A stretch of 47,600 nt of DNA from Eubacteriales bacterium (lineage in GTDB: Bacteria > Bacillota > Clostridia > Oscillospirales > CAG-272), in NCBI GenBank assembly GCA_045540515.1, contig JAZQHJ010000162.1, forward strand, positions 1 to 47,600, read 5' to 3'. Below the pieces are notes generated by a model, which worked only from the letters and a program-made list of their open reading frames with translations, was not told where the DNA came from and ran no database searches. This document shows, one piece after another, positions 46,515-47,600 of this stretch (positions are counted from its first letter, which is position 1; the number at the start of each line of letters is the position of its first letter). Both the position numbers and the translations under genes were made by a program.

Positions 46515-47279
46515 TTATCCCAGTAAAACGTCCATAAGGAGCATTAAGCAAAAGCCTACAAGTAGTGCGTAGGTTGCCCCTCTTTCACTTCCGTGCGCGT
46601 GTGTTTCTGGTATCATTTCGTCGCTTATTACGTAAAGCATTGTTCCACCTGCAAAGGCAAGGGCAAATGGCAAAATTGCACTTGCAACGCTTACTGCAAA
46701 ATAGCCGATAAAGGTACCGACCACCTCAATAAGTCCTGTTAATGCTGCAAGAAGAAAGGTTTTTCTTGGCTTTACGCCAACTGAAAGCATTGGAGCAATT
46801 ATAACCATTCCCTCTGGGATATTTTGTAGGGCTATTCCACCCGCAATAAGTAGTGCTTGTGTAGTGTTTCCAGAGCCAAAGCCGACTCCTGCGGCAATTC
46901 CCTCGGGTAGATTGTGAATTGCAATTGCTGTTACAAATAAAAGAACCTTGTTTATGCTCTTGTTGTTGTGTTTTTCTTGGTCAATGTCCGCCATTTTGTG
47001 AAGGTGGGGGACTAGCTTGTCAATGAGGTTTAAGCATATTGCACCTGTGAAAATTCCTGCAATTGTGATTAAAAGCGCTATACCAATTCCGTGTTCCTTG
47101 CCAAATTCAACAGACGGTATAATTAATCCAAGCACCGCCGCTGCAAGCATTACTCCTGCTGCAAAGGAAAGCACTATATCGGAAAAGCGATGCGATACCT
47201 TTTTAAATAGAAAGCCGATTATTGCGCCAATAACCGTTGCTCCGCCAACACCAAGGGCAGTTAGTAAAACTATTGTCAT
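46515..47279 (-). CDS. zupT: ZIP-family metal transporter
   Basis: SFAAGVML, HNLPEG, QNIPEG, EMIPETH. Confidence 0.92.
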   Translation of the reverse strand: MTIVLLTALGVGGATVIGAIIGFLFKKVSHRFSDIVLSFAAGVMLAAAVLGLIIPSVEFGKEHGIGIALLITIAGIFTGAICLNLIDKLVPHLHKMADIDQEKHNNKSINKVLLFVTAIAIHNLPEGIAAGVGFGSGNTTQALLIAGGIALQNIPEGMVIIAPMLSVGVKPRKTFLLAALTGLIEVVGTFIGYFAVSVASAILPFALAFAGGTMLYVISDEMIPETHAHGSERGATYALLVGFCLMLLMDVLLG

Positions 47280-47384
47280 ATTGCTCTCCTTTTTCGTTTT
47301 ATGTTTCTTAAAATAATTTTATTATTTTTTGTTAGTTTTGTCAAGATATATAAAATTTAATAAATAATATTTTCAAAATAAACA

Positions 47385-47413
47385 TTGACAAGTATTTTTT
47401 TATGTGCTATAAT
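47385..47413 (+). promoter_or_regulatory. Consensus sigma-A promoter of the tRNA gene
   Basis: TTGACA-N17-TATAAT. Confidence 0.88.
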
Positions 47414-47431
47414 TGGTATCGCAAAACACAT

Positions 47432-47505
47432 TGGGGAATTGTGTAACGGTAGCACAGCAGACTCTGACTCTGTATGTCTGGGTTCGAATCCTTGTTCCCC
47501 AGCCA
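47432..47505 (+). tRNA. tRNA-Gln (anticodon CTG)
   Basis: Acceptor stem TGGGGAA/TTCCCCA, anticodon arm CAGA-CT-CTG-AC-TCTG, GGTTCGAATCC T-arm, encoded CCA. Confidence 0.96.
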
Positions 47506-47513
47506 AACGACAA

Positions 47514-47537
47514 GCCACCCATACGAGTGGCTTTTTT
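47514..47537 (+). terminator. Terminator after the tRNA
   Basis: AAGCCAC-CCATACGA-GTGGCTT-TTTT. Confidence 0.75.
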
Positions 47538-47600
47538 CGTCGTTTGGTTGGGGATCGGATTCGACCCAGTTTTATATTTGGCAAAGCCAAATGCAAATTG

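Noticed and set aside
3637-47316. Numerous 60-150 aa ORFs antisense or out of frame within identified genes
   Set aside because: They overlap well-supported genes and have no motifs; expected shadow ORFs.
47357-47596. 79-aa minus-strand ORF
   Set aside because: Antisense translation of the tRNA-Gln gene and its promoter.
1-47600. CRISPR array, prophage, IS transposase or integrase
   Set aside because: No regularly spaced repeat-spacer series and no ORF with Cas, phage structural, DDE, HUH or recombinase motifs seen.

Overview
AT-rich bacterial chromosome segment. Gene content and sigma-A promoters point to Clostridia (Firmicutes), probably a gut or rumen anaerobe (inference). It holds about 45 protein genes and a tRNA-Gln(CTG). 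Housekeeping genes: partial type III glutamine synthetase, nrdR, rbfA-nrnA-truB, rmuC, cysE, holA, rnmV, yceD-rpmF, dut, nudF. Metabolic loci: an 8-gene aryl-acid operon (symporter, two paaK, iorAB, ACT protein, amidohydrolase, aminotransferase), a polar amino-acid ABC transporter, fucO-rhaD, a MarR/acyl-CoA ligase pair with a palindromic operator, and an AraC-linked uxuA-CE15-uxuB-isomerase-isomerase-dehydrogenase operon. There are also two BspA-type LRR surface proteins and an orphan MazF. I found no transposase, integrase, prophage or CRISPR array. Most unusual signals: (1) a class-II cobalamin riboswitch whose P5 arm is replaced by a ~280-nt imperfect hairpin; (2) an apparently circularly permuted family-3 solute-binding protein; (3) a synonymously recoded duplicate of the last 19 codons of the acyl-CoA ligase gene flanking a 62-bp REP-like insert; (4) a uronate operon lacking uxaC but carrying a cytoplasmic CE15 esterase and a redox/isomerase trio; (5) an antitoxin-less MazF with an acidic tail and structured leader. 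All calls come from motif recognition by eye; no searches or folding programs were run.
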